A stretch of DNA of 64,000 nucleotides from an uncultured Gemmatimonadales bacterium (GCA_963823035.1 CAWGKG010000017.1:96001-160000); one strand, 5' to 3'; positions 52,565 to 64,000 are shown, numbered from the stretch's first letter. Notes: generated by a model not told the origin, from the sequence alone. A program made the numbers and translations.

Positions 52565-55482
52565 CTACCGACCCGCGGGCCGCACGGTCGAGGCCGCCAG
52601 CTTCCGTCGCATCGCCGCGGCCCGCGCCCCGTCCCCGATGCGCTCGTAGAACGCCTGCGGCCCGCTCGAGGGACGCGCGCGTGCGTTCGTCGTCTCACGC
52701 CGAGGCTCGCCTCCAGCGCGGCCGCGCTCCCGGACAGGAGGGTGTCCGCCTCGGCGCGCCGACCCAGGGCCGCCAGGCACTCGCCGAGGACGCTGCGGGT
52801 GAGCGCGATGCCCCAGTGGTCCGGGGCGAGGATCGCTTCCCTCATCCGGAGCGCCTCCCTGAGGAGCGGCTCCGCCTCGCGGGCGCGGTCCGTCCGCACG
52901 AGGAGATCTCCGAGCAGGGCGAGCGTCGTGGCGGTGTTCGCATGCGTTGCCGGGAGGTGCTCCCGCTGGACGTCGAGGGCCCTTCGAAGCGCCTCCTCCG
53001 CCTCGGCGGTTCTGCCCTGGAGATCGAGGACACGACCGAGGTTGGCGAGGAACGTCGCCCTCACCGCGACGGGCGCCGAGGCGTTCTTCTCCATCTCGGC
53101 GATCGCCGCCCGGTACTCGCCCTCCGCCTCGGCGTAGTGACCCTCCTCCTCGATCACATGGCCGAGGTTGTTGTGGCCTATGGCGATGTCGAGGTGCCCC
53201 GGCAGAAGGACCCGCTGCATGATCGCGAGCGCATCGCGGTCCATCTGCTCGGCCTCGTCCAACCTGCGCTGGGCGAGCAGCATGCTCCCCAGGTTGCTCA
53301 TCACGGTGGCCACGCGCTGGTGATCCTCCCCGTAGCTCTTCCGCCAGATCGCCAGCGCCTGTCGCGCCGCCTCTTCCGCTTCCTCCGAACGCCCCTGCGC
53401 CTGCAGCAGCGCGGACAGGTTGTTCCACGCCAACCCGGTGGAGGGGTTGGCGTCGCCCATCACGCGGCGGCGCAGCGCGAGCACCCGGCGCATGATCGGC
53501 TCCGCGTCGGTGAGCTTGCTCTGCAGGTAGAGCGCCTGTCCGAGGTTGTTCAGCGACGTGATCGTGACGGGATCGTCCTCCCCCTTCGCGTTCACGTTCC
53601 GCTCCCATGCCTCCCGCGCCAGCGGCTCCGCTTCCACCGCCTCGCGCCGGTTCAGCAGGACCGAGACCCGCGCGTCCAGGGCCGAAGCAAGCAGCGTGTC
53701 CGACCCGGAGCGGCGGGCCCGGTCGACCGCGTCGAGCACCACCGAGTCCGCCTCGTTCAGGCGGCCCGACCGACGGAGGGCGGCGACCAGGTTCACGCGG
53801 GCAGCCACCGCGCCGGCCGCCCGGCTCGGGTCGGCGTCCAGGCCCGCGATGGCGCTGCGTATCAGCACGGCGGCCGAATCGAACTGGCCGAGGTCGGTCG
53901 CGACCGACCCGAGGCGCCAGAGGAACTCGGCGGATGACGGCGGCTCGTCGCCACCCGAGCGCAGCCTGAGCGCGAGCCCCCGCTCGAGGATGGGGCGCGC
54001 GTCGCGGTTGAGCCCGAGGCTGGTGTAGACGTTCCCGAGGGTGTAGAGGAGCGCGGCCTGCACCTCCGGCTCATCGGCCAACTCGGTCGGCACGCGCTGC
54101 ACGGCGCTGTCCAGCACCTCCCGCGCCGTGATCGTCGTGCCCCGTGCCTCGCTGGGATCGGAGACGCTGAAGAGCCGCTCGAGGAAGGCCGTCACCTGCT
54201 CGGACTTGCGCGTCTCCTGCCGTGCCAGGTCACGCTCACGCGCCAGACGCGCCGTGTAGAAGGCGCTCAGCCCGACGACGACGAGGACGATCCCGACACC
54301 CGCCAGGACCGCGCCGCGATGGCGCGACACGAACTTCCGGAGGCGGTAGGCCCGGGTCGCGGGGCGTGCCAGCACGGGCTGGCGATCGAGGTACCGACCG
54401 ATGTCGTCCGACAGTCGCTCCACGGACGGATAGCGACGGGACGGCTCCTTCTCGAGCGCGGTGAGCAGGATGGCGTCGAGATCGCGGTCGAGCGGCTCCG
54501 TGCTCCCGTCCGCGCGGACGCGCCGCGCCTGGGCACGGCTGGGCGGCTGCGGCGGCTCCTCGAGGATCGCCCTGGCGAGCTCGGTGCCCCGCCGCGTGGA
54601 CGCGCCGTACGGCAGCACGCCCGTGAGGAGCTTGTAGAGCAGGATGCCGAGCGCGTACACGTCGGCCACCGTGGTGATCGGCTCGCCGCGCACCTGCTCG
54701 GGGCTCGCGTAGGCGGGCGTGAGCAGCCCTCCCGCCATGGCCGTCTGCGTGGGGCCCTCGCGCTCCTTGCCGCTCGGCTCGAGCAGCTTCGCCACCCCGA
54801 AGTCCAACAGCTTGGGGGTGCCGTCCTCCGACACCAGGATGTTGGACGGCTTGATGTCGCGGTGCACCACCAGACGCCGATGTGCGTGCTGCACCGCGTC
54901 GCACGCCTTGCGGAAGAGGAGGAGGCGCTCGCGGACACCGAGCCCATGGCGGTCGGCGTAGTCGTCGATCGGCTCGCCGTCGATGTACTCCATGACCAGA
55001 TACGGCGTACCGTCGTCCGCCGCGCCGCCGTCGAGCAGGCGCGCGATGTTCGGATGCCGCAGGTCGGCGAGGATCTGCCGTTCCGCGAGGAAGCGGCGCA
55101 GGACTTCGGGAGCGGCGACCGATGCGCGCACGAACTTGATCGCCACGCGCGCCTCGTACGCGGCGTCGGCACGCTCGGCCAGGTAGACGGTGCCCATCCC
55201 GCCGCGCGCGATCTCCTCGAGGAGGCGGTAGCGTCCGACCGTGCGTCCGATCCAGGAGAAGGCCGTCGCTTCGGCGAGGTCCGAAGCGGCGTCGCGCACC
55301 AGCCCCTTGAGTCGATCCACCACCGGTGCCCCGTCCGCGGCCAGCAGCGACATGACCTCGGCCAGGAGCTCGGCGTCGTCCCCGGCTTCGGCACGCAGGT
55401 ACGCCTCGCGTTCCTCCGGGGGGAGGTCGAGCGCGCCTTCGAACAACTCCTGGACCCGCTGCCAACGCTCGGAACCCGTCAT
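52565..55482 (-). CDS. Hanks-type Ser/Thr protein kinase with TM helix and extracytoplasmic TPR repeats
   Basis: ARGGMGTVYLA, VAIK, HPNIARLLDGG, HRDIKPSNIL, LLDFGVAK, YASPEQ, DVYALG; TM VLAGVGIVLVVVGLSAFY; kinesin-light-chain-like TPRs. End approximate. Confidence 0.93.
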
Positions 55483-55707
55483 GGCGCTCCTGCCGATGCT
55501 CGGCCGATCGAAGGAGATTGAGGTACCTTCGGCGTGAAGGTGGCTTCCGGGGGACGCACGTCAAGCGGACCCCAGCCGCGCACGGACGCCCTCTCGGCGG
55601 GGCGGCGATCGAGTGGCACCCCCGCATGATGGAATCCGCGGGCTTTCGACGCTCTCTGGAATGAAGGGTCCGCTCGGGCCCACCTACGTCCCGACGGAGA
55701 TCTGCCC

Positions 55708-56578
55708 ATGAAGCTGCGATCGAGCATCGTGCGCTGGACGACCACCCTGGTGGTGGGGGGCCTCCTGGCCTGCGGCGGCGACGGCGGCGATCCGCTCCAG
55801 GTCGAGGACGCGGGCGACCCGAGCGCCGGTGAGTCGCCCGTGACCGGGGGCAACTGGTACCGCCCCTCCACCGCCGTGACCTGGACGTGGCAGCTCGACC
55901 GGGACGGTTCCAGCGGGCCGCAACGTGGCGCTCTACGACATCGACCTCTTCGAGACCACCGCCGGCTTCGTGGCGACGCTGAAGGAGCGAGGTGTGCGGG
56001 TGGTGTGCTACTTCTCGGCCGGCTCGTGGGAGGAGGTGCGCCCGGACGCGCAGGCCTTTCCGCCCGCGACGCGCGGGAAGAAGCTGGACAACTGGCCCGA
56101 GAACTGGCTCGACATCCGCTCCGAGGCGGTCTTCACGGCGCTCGAGGCGCGGCTGCGGCTGGCCAAGCTGAAGGGGTGCGACGCGGTCGAGCCCGACAAC
56201 GTGGACGGCTTCACCAACGACACGGGCTTCCCCCTCACGGCCACCGACCAGCTCGTGTTCAACCGCCGACTGTCGAACGCCGCCCATCGGCTCGGAGCTC
56301 GGTGTGGCCCTGAAGAACGACGGGGACCAGGCGGAGCTCCTGGTGGACTACTACGACTTCGCGCTCAACGAGGAGTGCCACGCCTACGACGAGTGCGACC
56401 AGTGGGTCCCCTTCGTGGACGCGGGCAAGGCTGTGCTGAACGCGGAATACGCCTCCTCGCAGTCGGCGGCCTCCGGGCTGGCGTCGAGCGTCTGCGCGGC
56501 CGCGACGTCGCGACGGGGCTGCGCAGCGTGATCTTCCCCCACGACCTCGACGGCTCGTGGGAGGTACCCTGCTGGTGA
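55708..56578 (+). CDS. GH114 endo-alpha-1,4-polygalactosaminidase-like lipoprotein; frameshifted
   Basis: Lipobox LLAC; TWTWQL; LYDIDLFE; VVCYFSAGSWE; KGCDAVEPDNVDG; LKND; FALNEEC. Confidence 0.88.
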
Positions 56579-56780
56579 GGTGAGCGGTGGGCGGCGGCGG
56601 GCGCTCGCGTAGGGGATCGACCGTCGCCGCGCCCTGCCGGGGCGCTCGAACCCGCGCTTCTCCCGCGACCGGGGCGCCCCTCGGGCGCCCCACGACCCGC
56701 CTTGCGGTCCATTTCACCCGCCCCTACACTGCGCGGATTCCCCGTTCGATCTCGCGATGAGCGAGGTGCATCGTGGGCGA

Positions 56781-56792
56781 TATACAATATCC
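56781..56792. promoter_or_regulatory. GntR/FadR-like operator motif overlapping a TACAAT -10 box
   Basis: TATACAATATCC, matching TATACAGCATCC at 62943-62954. Confidence 0.5.
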
Positions 56793-56839
56793 ATGACGAG
56801 TGAGGGCGGAATGACGCCGGCCCGAATCGAGCCGCCGAA

Positions 56840-58255
56840 GTGACCCCCGACCCCCTCGCCTCCGCGGGGCTGTACCTGGGCTTCCTGCTCGGGTACTCGG
56901 TCCTCCTGGTGGCCTTCGGCCTCCTGGTGTCGCGCCGCGTCGAGGGGAGCGGGAGCTTCTTCGTCGCGGACCGCAGGCTCGGCCCCGGGCTCGTCTTCTC
57001 GACGTTCCTCGCCGCGAACATCGGCGCGGGATCCGTGATCGGCGCGTCCGGCCTGGGCTACCGCGACGGGATCTCCGCGTGGTGGTGGGTCGGGTCGGCC
57101 GGCATCGGCTCCCTCCTGCTCGCCGTGTGGATCGGGCCCCGGATCTGGCGGGTGGCGACGCAGAACGGGCTCTACACCGCGGGCGACTATCTCGAGCAAC
57201 GGTACGGCAGCTCGGTTCGCGCCACGATCGCCACCCTCCTCTGGTTCCTCACGCTCGTGATCCTGGCGGCGCAGCTCATCGCCATGTCCCAGATCCTCGA
57301 GTGGGTGGTCGGCACGCCCCGGTGGGCGGGCGCGGTGATCGGCGGCATCGTCATGACCGCGTACTTCACCGCGGGCGGGCTGCTCTCCTCGGCGTGGGTC
57401 AACCTCGCGCAGATCGGCGTGCTGCTCGCGGGCTTCGGGATCGGCCTCCCGCTCGCCCTGTCCCGCGCCGGCGGATGGGGAGCGGTCGCGGCGGCCGCAC
57501 CGCGGGACCCGAACCTCGCCAACTTCCTCGTGGGCCCCGGGTCCGGGTTCATCCTGGTGGCGCTCCTGGTGCCCGCCTTCATCATCTCGCCCGGACTCCT
57601 GCAGAAGGGTTTCGGCGCGCGGGACGAGCGCGCGTTGCGCATGGGCGTGGGCGTGCAGGGGCTCGTGCTCATGCTGTTCGCCTTCGTCCCCGCGATCATG
57701 GGGATGATCGCCCGCGTGTACGACCCGGCGCTCGCGAACCCCGAGTTCGCCATCCCGATCGTGCTCACGACGGGGCTCCCGCCCTTCCTCGGCGCCCTGG
57801 GCCTCGCCGCGATCTTCTCGGCGGAGGTCAGCTCCGCGGACGCCATCCTCTTCATGCTGTCCACGTCGCTCTCGAAGGACCTCTACAAGCGATACGTGGC
57901 GGCCGATGCGTCCGACGCCCAGGTGCTGCGCGTCGCGCGCGGCGCTGCGGTGGTGGGCGGGATCGCCGGCGTGCTCCTCGCGGTCGTCATCCCGACGGTG
58001 ATCGACTCGCTGCGTGTGTTCTACTCGCTCCTCTCGGTGAGTCTCTTCGTGCCGATCGTGGCCGGGCTGCACGCGCGCCGCGGCGGTGCGCCGGAGGCGC
58101 TCGCCGCCATCGGGGTGGGGATCGCGGTGCTCTTCACCGTCCGCCTCTCCGGGCTGAACCACGCCTCGCGCCTCCTCGACCCCACCCTGCTGGGGATCGT
58201 CGCGTCCGCCGTGGCCTTCGCGGTGGTGCTCCAGCTCCGCGGCGACCGGACATGA
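56840..58255 (+). CDS. Sodium:solute symporter
   Basis: SFFVADRRLG; AANIGAGS; TAGDYLEQRYG; YFTAGGLLS; SAEVSSAD; LSKDLY. Confidence 0.92.
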   Translation: MTPDPLASAGLYLGFLLGYSVLLVAFGLLVSRRVEGSGSFFVADRRLGPGLVFSTFLAANIGAGSVIGASGLGYRDGISAWWWVGSAGIGSLLLAVWIGPRIWRVATQNGLYTAGDYLEQRYGSSVRATIATLLWFLTLVILAAQLIAMSQILEWVVGTPRWAGAVIGGIVMTAYFTAGGLLSSAWVNLAQIGVLLAGFGIGLPLALSRAGGWGAVAAAAPRDPNLANFLVGPGSGFILVALLVPAFIISPGLLQKGFGARDERALRMGVGVQGLVLMLFAFVPAIMGMIARVYDPALANPEFAIPIVLTTGLPPFLGALGLAAIFSAEVSSADAILFMLSTSLSKDLYKRYVAADASDAQVLRVARGAAVVGGIAGVLLAVVIPTVIDSLRVFYSLLSVSLFVPIVAGLHARRGGAPEALAAIGVGIAVLFTVRLSGLNHASRLLDPTLLGIVASAVAFAVVLQLRGDRT

Positions 58256-59554
58256 CGCCTCCCGGCGGCGTGTCCGCCTCCCTCCAGGACCGCATCCTCC
58301 GCGCCGTGGAGGCGCTGACCGACGAGGTGGTCGACTTCACCTCGGAGCTCGTGCGCATCCCGACGGTGAACCCGCCGGGCGACCTCTACGAGGACTGCGC
58401 GCGCGCCATCGGCGCGCGGCTCGACCGCTTCGGCTTCGAGGTCGAGTACCACGTCGCCGAGGAGCGTCCGGAGCACACGCCCGAGCACCCGCGCGTCAAC
58501 GTGGTCGGCACGCTGCCCGGGAGCCGCCCCAACCCGCTGGTCCACCTCAACGGCCACTTCGACGTCGTGCCGGTGGGCGCCGGCTGGACGGTCGATCCCT
58601 TCGGCGGCGAGGTCCGCGACGGACGCATCTACGGGCGCGGCGTCGCCGACATGAAGGCGGGGCTCGCCGCCGCCGTCTACGCGGTGGAGGCGCTGCGCCG
58701 CGCGGGGGTGCGGCTCGCCGGGACCGTGGAGGTGTCGGGCACCGTCGACGAGGAGAGCGGTGGCTGGGCGGGCATGGCGCACCTGGCCCGCAAGGGGAGG
58801 CTGGCGCGCGGACGCACGGATGCCGTGATCATCCCCGAGCCGCTGCAGGTGGACCGCATCTGCATCGGCCACAGGGGCGTGTACTGGTTCGAGGTGGAGA
58901 CGCACGGCCGCATCGCCCACGGCAGCATGCCCTTCCTCGGCACGAGCGCCATCGAGCACATGGGCGCGCTGCTGGACACGATCCGCCGCGAGCTCCTCCC
59001 CACCTATGCGGAGCGCGCGACCTCCGTGCCCGTGGTGCCGCCCGGCGCGCGCCACGCGACCCTGAACGTCAACGCGCTCCATGGCGGGCAGCCGGCCGGA
59101 GACCTCCAGACCCCGTGCGTGGCCGACAGCTGCAAGGCCGTGTTCGACCGGCGCTTCCTGATCGAGGAGGGCTTCGAGGCGGTGCGCACCGAGATCGTCG
59201 GCCTCCTGGACGGCATCGGCGAGCGGGTTCCGGGCTTCCGCTACGACCTGCGCGACCTGATGGTGGTGGAGCCGACGCAGACGCCTCCCGGACGCCTCCG
59301 TCGTGAAGGCCCTGGGCACCGCGATCTCCGGCGTGCTGGGTCGGGATGCCACGCTGATCGCGAGCCCCGGCACGTACGACCACAAGCACGTGGCCCGGAT
59401 CGCGGGCGTGGAGAACTGCGTGGCGTACGGCCCGGGCGTGCTGGAGCAGGCCCATCAGCCCGACGAGTGGTGCTCCATCGAGGACCTGGTGCACGCCACG
59501 GGCGTCCTCGCGCTCGCGGTGGCCGACCTCGTGGGCGTGGACGGCGTGGCCTGA
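58252..59554 (+). CDS. M20 ArgE/DapE family deacylase; frameshift near 59290
   Basis: IPTVNPPG; LNGHFDVVP; YGRGVADMKAG; VDEESGG; IIPEP; AHGSMP; YGPGVLEQAHQPDE. Confidence 0.92.
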
Positions 59555-59568
59555 GCCGGCGCCGTCGA

Positions 59569-60631
59569 CTAGCAGACGCTCCCCGATCGCCGCCGCCATC
59601 TCGATGGTGGTGGCGCGCCCGCCCAGGTCGGGCGTGCGCACGGCCCCCTCGGCCAGCACCCCCTCGATGGCACCCACCAGCGCGTCGTGCGCGCGCTCGA
59701 GACCGAGGTGCCCCAGCATCAGCGCGCCCGCCCAGACCGTCCCGACCGGGTTGGCGATCCCCTGCCCCGCGATGTCGGGCGCGGACCCGTGGATGGGCTC
59801 GAACATCGAGGGGTGCCGCCGCTCGGGATTCAGGTTCGCGCCGGGCGCGAGGCCGAGGCTCCCCGTGAGCGCCGCGCCCAGGTCCGTGAGGATGTCCCCG
59901 AAGAGGTTCGATCCCACGATCACGTCCAGGGTGTGCGGATGGGTCACCATGCGCGCGGCGAGCGCGTCCACGTGGTACGGCCTCCACGTCACGTCCGGGA
60001 AGTCGGCGCCGACCTCCGCGACGACCTCGTCCCACAGGACCATGGCGTGCTGGAGCGCGTTCGACTTGGTGGCGCTGGCCAGGAGCCGCCGGGGCCGGCT
60101 CCGGGCGAGCGTGAAGGCGTAGCGCGCCACCCGCTCGATGCCGCGGCGCGTGAAGACCCCCGTCTGCTCGGCGCGCTCGTCCGGCGTGCCGGCATCGTAG
60201 CGTCCCCCGACGCCGGAGTACTCGCCCTCGCTGTTCTCGCGCACGCACACCATGTCGAAGTCGGGTGAGCCCGCGAGCGCACCCCGCACCCCCCGGAGCA
60301 GGCGCATGGGGCGCAGGTTCACGTACTGCTCGAAACGCTTCCGGATCGGGAGGATCAGCCCGTGCACCGAGACGTGGTCGGGCACGTCGGGACGGCCGAT
60401 CGCGCCGAGGAAGATGGCGTCGACCCGGGCGAGCCGTTCGAAGGCGTCCTCCGGCATCATGCGCCCGGTGGCCTTGTAGTGGTCGCACCCCCACGGGAAC
60501 GAGCGCCACTCGAGCTCGGCCCCCTCGACCGCGGCCGCCGCCTCGAGGAGCGGGACGGAAGCCTCGACGACCTCCGGGCCGATCCCGTCTCCCCCGACGA
60601 CGCCGATGCGCAGCCTGGGCGCCAACGTCAC
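59569..60631 (-). CDS. Tartrate/D-malate dehydrogenase (isocitrate/isopropylmalate dehydrogenase family, TtuC/DmlA-like); end approximate
   Basis: GDGIGPEV; PDVPDHVS; FEQYVNLRP; RENSEGEYS; SATKSN; NLFGDILTD; SMFEPIHGSAPDIAGQGIANP. Confidence 0.9.
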
Positions 60632-61453
60632 TCCATCCCGGGGGGCTGGAAGCGGCCGTCGATCGCGGTCCACCCGCCGTCCACGAACATCACGGAGCCG
60701 GTCACGTAGCTGGCCGCGTCCGTGAGGAGGAAGGCGGTGGGGCCGGCCATCTCGTGCGGCTGCGCCCAGCGCCCGAGGGCGCTGTGCCGAGCGTAGGCTT
60801 CGTACCACTGCTGCTGCGACTTGATGGGCTTCGTGAGCGGCGTCTCCACCACGCCCGGAGCCAGCGCGTTCACCCGCACCCCGTGCGGGCTCAGCTCGGC
60901 GGCGGCGGTACGCGCGAGCTGCACGATCCCCGCCTTGGTCGCCGCATACACGCTCTGGCCGGGCTCGACCACCTGGGCCCGGATCGACGAGAAGAGCACG
61001 ATGCTCCCCCGTCCGGCGTCACGCATGATGCGGCCGGCGGTCTGGAGGACGTTGAAGGTGCCGCCCAGGTTCATCGTGACCACCCGCTGCAGCTCCTCCG
61101 GCGTGTACGCGAGGATCGGCTTGCGCACGTTGATGCCCGGGGTGCACACCACGCCGTCCAGGCGCCCGTGCCGCGTAGCGAGCCCTCCGAGCGCCGCGCG
61201 CACCGCCCTCGGCGTCGCAGATGTCGATGCGGCCCGCCTCGGCGCCCTCCGCTCCGCCGTCGGACAGCGCGCCGGCCACCCGCGTGGCCGCGCCCTCGTC
61301 GATGTCGAGGCAGGCCACCGTCGCGCCGAGTCCGGCGCAGGTGTGGGCGACCGCCTCGCCGATGCCGCTTCCGGCACCGATGACCGCGACCACGCGCCCC
61401 TGGAGCCCGAAGAGCGCGGGGATGCCGTGAACGCCCGGATCGTGCTGGCTCAT
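60628..61453 (-). CDS. Short-chain dehydrogenase/reductase; frameshift near 61215
   Basis: IGAGSGIG; SSIR; YAATKAG; VRVNALAPG; YVTGSVMFVDGG. Confidence 0.92.
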
Positions 61454-61461
61454 CGTCGTCC

Positions 61462-62900
61462 TCAACCGTGGTGGATGGCGATCGTCTTGATGCGCGTGAA
61501 GCTCTCGAGCCCCGCCATGCCCTTCTCGCGGCCGTAGCCGGAGCGCTTCACCCCACCGAAGGGCAGCTCCACGCCGCCCCCCGCACCGTAGGTGTTCACG
61601 AACACCTGGCCGCAATCGAGCGCCCGGGCAACGCGCAGCTGCCGTCCGCCGTTCGTGGTCCACAGCCCGGCGACCAGCCCGTAGTCGGTGGCGTTGGCCA
61701 GGCGGATCGCCTCGGCCTCGTCGTCGAAGGAGCGTGGCCACGAGCACCGGACCGAACACCTCCTTGCACGACAGCTCGTGCTCGGGCTCGACCGGAGCGT
61801 ACAGCTTCGGGGTGATGTAGAACCCGCCCGCGGGGGTCTCGACCGTGTTTCGCCTCGGCGACCAGCGGAAGGTTCTCCGTGGCGGCGCGGGACAGGAAGC
61901 CGAGCACCCGCTCGGCCTGCGTGGCCGAGATCAGCGGCCCGCAGTCCGGGTCCTCCTCGGCCGGTCCCACCCGCGTCGACTCGAAGCGTGCCGACAGCGC
62001 GTCCACCACCTCGTCGAAGCGGCTCCTCTCGACCAGGATGCGGCTCCCGGCCGAGCAGGTCTGCCCGGCGTTCTGGATGAGCGCGCCGTAGAGCGAGGGG
62101 AGCGCGAGGTCGAGGTCCGCGTCCGCGAATACGATCTGCGGTGACTTCCCGCCCAGCTCCATCGTGGCGGGCCGGTTGTGCGTGGCGGCCGCCTGCTGCA
62201 CCAGCGCGCCCGTGGCGGGCGAGCCGGTGAAGGAGATGTGGTCGATGCCCGGATGCCCGGCGAGCGCCGCGCCCGCCTCGCCTCCGTAGCCGGTGACGAC
62301 GTTGAGCACGCCCGGAGGCAGCCCCGCCTCCAGCGCGAGGTCGGCGATGCGCAGGATGCTCTGACAGGCGTCCTCGCCCGGCTTGATCACGGCGCAGTTG
62401 CCCGCCGCCAGCGAGGCGATCACGGACCGTCCGAACATCTGCGCCGGGTAGTTCCAGGGGATGATGTGGGCGGTGACGCCGAACGGCTCCCGGAGCGTGA
62501 GGACCAGGTAGCCCTCCTCGTAGGGGAGCGTCTCGCCGTGCAGCTTGTCCGCGGCGCCGCCGTAGAACTCGCAGTACCGCGCGCACGCCGCGATGTCCTT
62601 CTTCGCCTGGGCGAGCGGCTTGCCCACGTCGCGGCACTCGACGAGCGAAAGCTCCTCGTGGTTCGCCTGGATCCGCTCGGCGAGGCGCGACAGGATGCGG
62701 CCCCGGTCGGCGGGCGAGACCCTCGACCAGGTCTCTTCGAAGGTCCTGCGCGCGGAGCGGACGGCCTCGTCGATCTCGTCGGCGCCCCCGCGCGCGAGGT
62801 CTCCGAGCGATCCTCCGGTGCTCGGGTTCACCACGGGGATCGTCCGCCCGTCGTTGGCCTCTCTCCAGCTCCCGTCGATGTGGATCGTACGGCCGTTCAT
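61462..62900 (-). CDS. Aldehyde dehydrogenase family protein; frameshifts near 61840 and 61730
   Basis: IIPWNYP; KPGE; FTGS; MELGGKSP; NAGQTCSA; EVFGPV; PFGGVKRSGYGREKG. Confidence 0.95.
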
Positions 62901-62942
62901 GGGTCTCGCTTCTCGATGGCGGGGTATGAAAATCGTGCTTAG

Positions 62943-62954
62943 TATACAGCATCC
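62943..62954. promoter_or_regulatory. Second copy of the GntR/FadR-like motif, upstream of the ALDH operon
   Basis: TATACAGCATCC in the AT-rich divergent ALDH/phoD intergenic region. Confidence 0.5.
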
Positions 62955-62985
62955 AACGACAGCCGGCGACCGGCGAATCCCTCCT

Positions 62986-64000
62986 ATGAAGACACCGCGC
63001 ATCCTAACCCGGCGAGGGTTTCTGACCACCTCCGTGGCAGCCGCCGCGGGCACCGTCGCAGGTGAGCCGCTGCTGCGCGGCGCGCTCCTCGGCGCACCCG
63101 CGATCATCGGGTCCGAGCGGCAGCTTCCGACGCTCCCGAGCGGCGTCCAGGTGGGCGACGTGACCGACGCCCGCGCGCTCGTCTGGAGCCGGAGCGACCG
63201 CCCTGCCCGCATGTGGGTGGACTGGGCCACCAACGACCGATTCGTGGACGCGCGCACGGTGCGCGGCCCCGCGGCCCTCGAGCACGGGGACTTCACGGCC
63301 GCCCTCGACCTGCGCGACCTCCCCGCCAACGAGGAGATCGTCTACCGCGTCCGCTTCGAGAGCCTCGACCTTCCCGGCACCTGGAGCGAGCCCGCGCTCG
63401 GGCGCTTCCGCACGGCGCCGTCGCCGGGCGACACCGGGGGCCGCCGCATCCGGATCGCGTTCACCGCGGACCTGGTCGGCCAGGGTTGGGGCATCGACGT
63501 CGACCGGGGCGGCATCCGGACGTTCGAGACCATGAGGCAGGCCGAGCCGGACGTCTTCATCCACTCGGGCGACATCATCTACGCGGACCAGCCGCTCGAG
63601 GCCGAGGTGCGTGCTCGACGACCAGACCGTCTGGCGCAACCTCGTCACCGAGCCGAAGTCGAAGGTGGCCCAGACGCTCGAGGACTTCCGCGGCTGCTAC
63701 GCCTACAACCTCCTCGACGAGAACACGCGCCGCTTCAACGCCTCCGTGCCGTGGATCGCGCAGTGGGACGACCACGAGGTCCTCAACAACTGGTTCCCCG
63801 GGCTGCAGCTCGATCGCGACGAGCGTTACCGGGTGAAGAGCGCGTCGCTCCTGGCGGCCCGTGCGCGGCAGGCGTTCTTCGACTACGTGCCCGTGCGCCA
63901 CAGCCCCGAGGACGGAGAGCGCATCTACAGGAACTTCGCCTGGGGATCGCTGGTCGAGATCTTCGTGCTCGACCTGCGCAGCTACCGCGGCCCCAACACC
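62986..64000 (+). CDS. phoD: Alkaline phosphatase D family protein, Tat-exported; partial, frameshift near 63610
   Basis: TRRGFL Tat motif; GVQVGDV..VWSRSDRPARM; GQGWGID; FIHSGDIIYAD; QWDDHEVLNNW; FVLDLRSYRGPN. Confidence 0.93.
   Translation, partial: MKTPRILTRRGFLTTSVAAAAGTVAGEPLLRGALLGAPAIIGSERQLPTLPSGVQVGDVTDARALVWSRSDRPARMWVDWATNDRFVDARTVRGPAALEHGDFTAALDLRDLPANEEIVYRVRFESLDLPGTWSEPALGRFRTAPSPGDTGGRRIRIAFTADLVGQGWGIDVDRGGIRTFETMRQAEPDVFIHSGDIIYADQPLEAEVRARRPDRLAQPRHRAEVEGGPDARGLPRLLRLQPPRREHAPLQRLRAVDRAVGRPRGPQQLVPRAAARSRRALPGEERVAPGGPCAAGVLRLRARAPQPRGRRAHLQELRLGIAGRDLRARPAQLPRPQH

Noticed and set aside
56720..56835. Possible riboswitch upstream of the SSS permease
   Set aside because: No recognisable aptamer motif; better explained as a promoter plus operator.

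Overview
High-GC (visually about 70%) bacterial chromosomal window. The gene content points to Gemmatimonadota (inference): CarboxypepD_reg/plug proteins, SusC/SusD pairs, PD40-amidohydrolase, Ser/Thr kinase-TPR, and PadR plus a permease-prefix protein. Many genes carry 1-bp frameshifts, most likely long-read consensus errors, so many boundaries below are stitched across frames. From left to right: (1) lipoproteins, a barrel-less TonB-plug protein and a di-haem (DHOR) lipoprotein; (2) a SusC/SusD pair near exported peptidases (M28, PD40-amidohydrolase, tricorn-like S41), interrupted by a stand-alone Na+-type motAB pair with a sigma28-like promoter; (3) a ~105-bp imperfect direct repeat bracketing a truncated lipoprotein gene; (4) a ~23-kb divergent polysaccharide-utilisation locus around a ROK repressor, with a galactan-type arm (GH147-like, two GH2, SGLT-like symporter) and an alpha-glucan arm (SusC, SusD, GH97, glucokinase, two GH13); (5) a PadR module, a PKD lipoprotein and an SSS/ASTE-ASPA module; (6) a DedA/VTT - phospholipase D - secreted TPR operon whose TPR resembles eukaryotic RMDN/PTPIP51 lipid-transfer domains, the best candidate for an undescribed system; (7) an orphan Ser/Thr kinase, GH114, two convergent catabolic operons sharing an operator-like motif, and phoD running off the end. 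I saw no rRNA, tRNA, CRISPR array, transposase or phage gene. All family assignments are by-eye motif recognition, not database hits.
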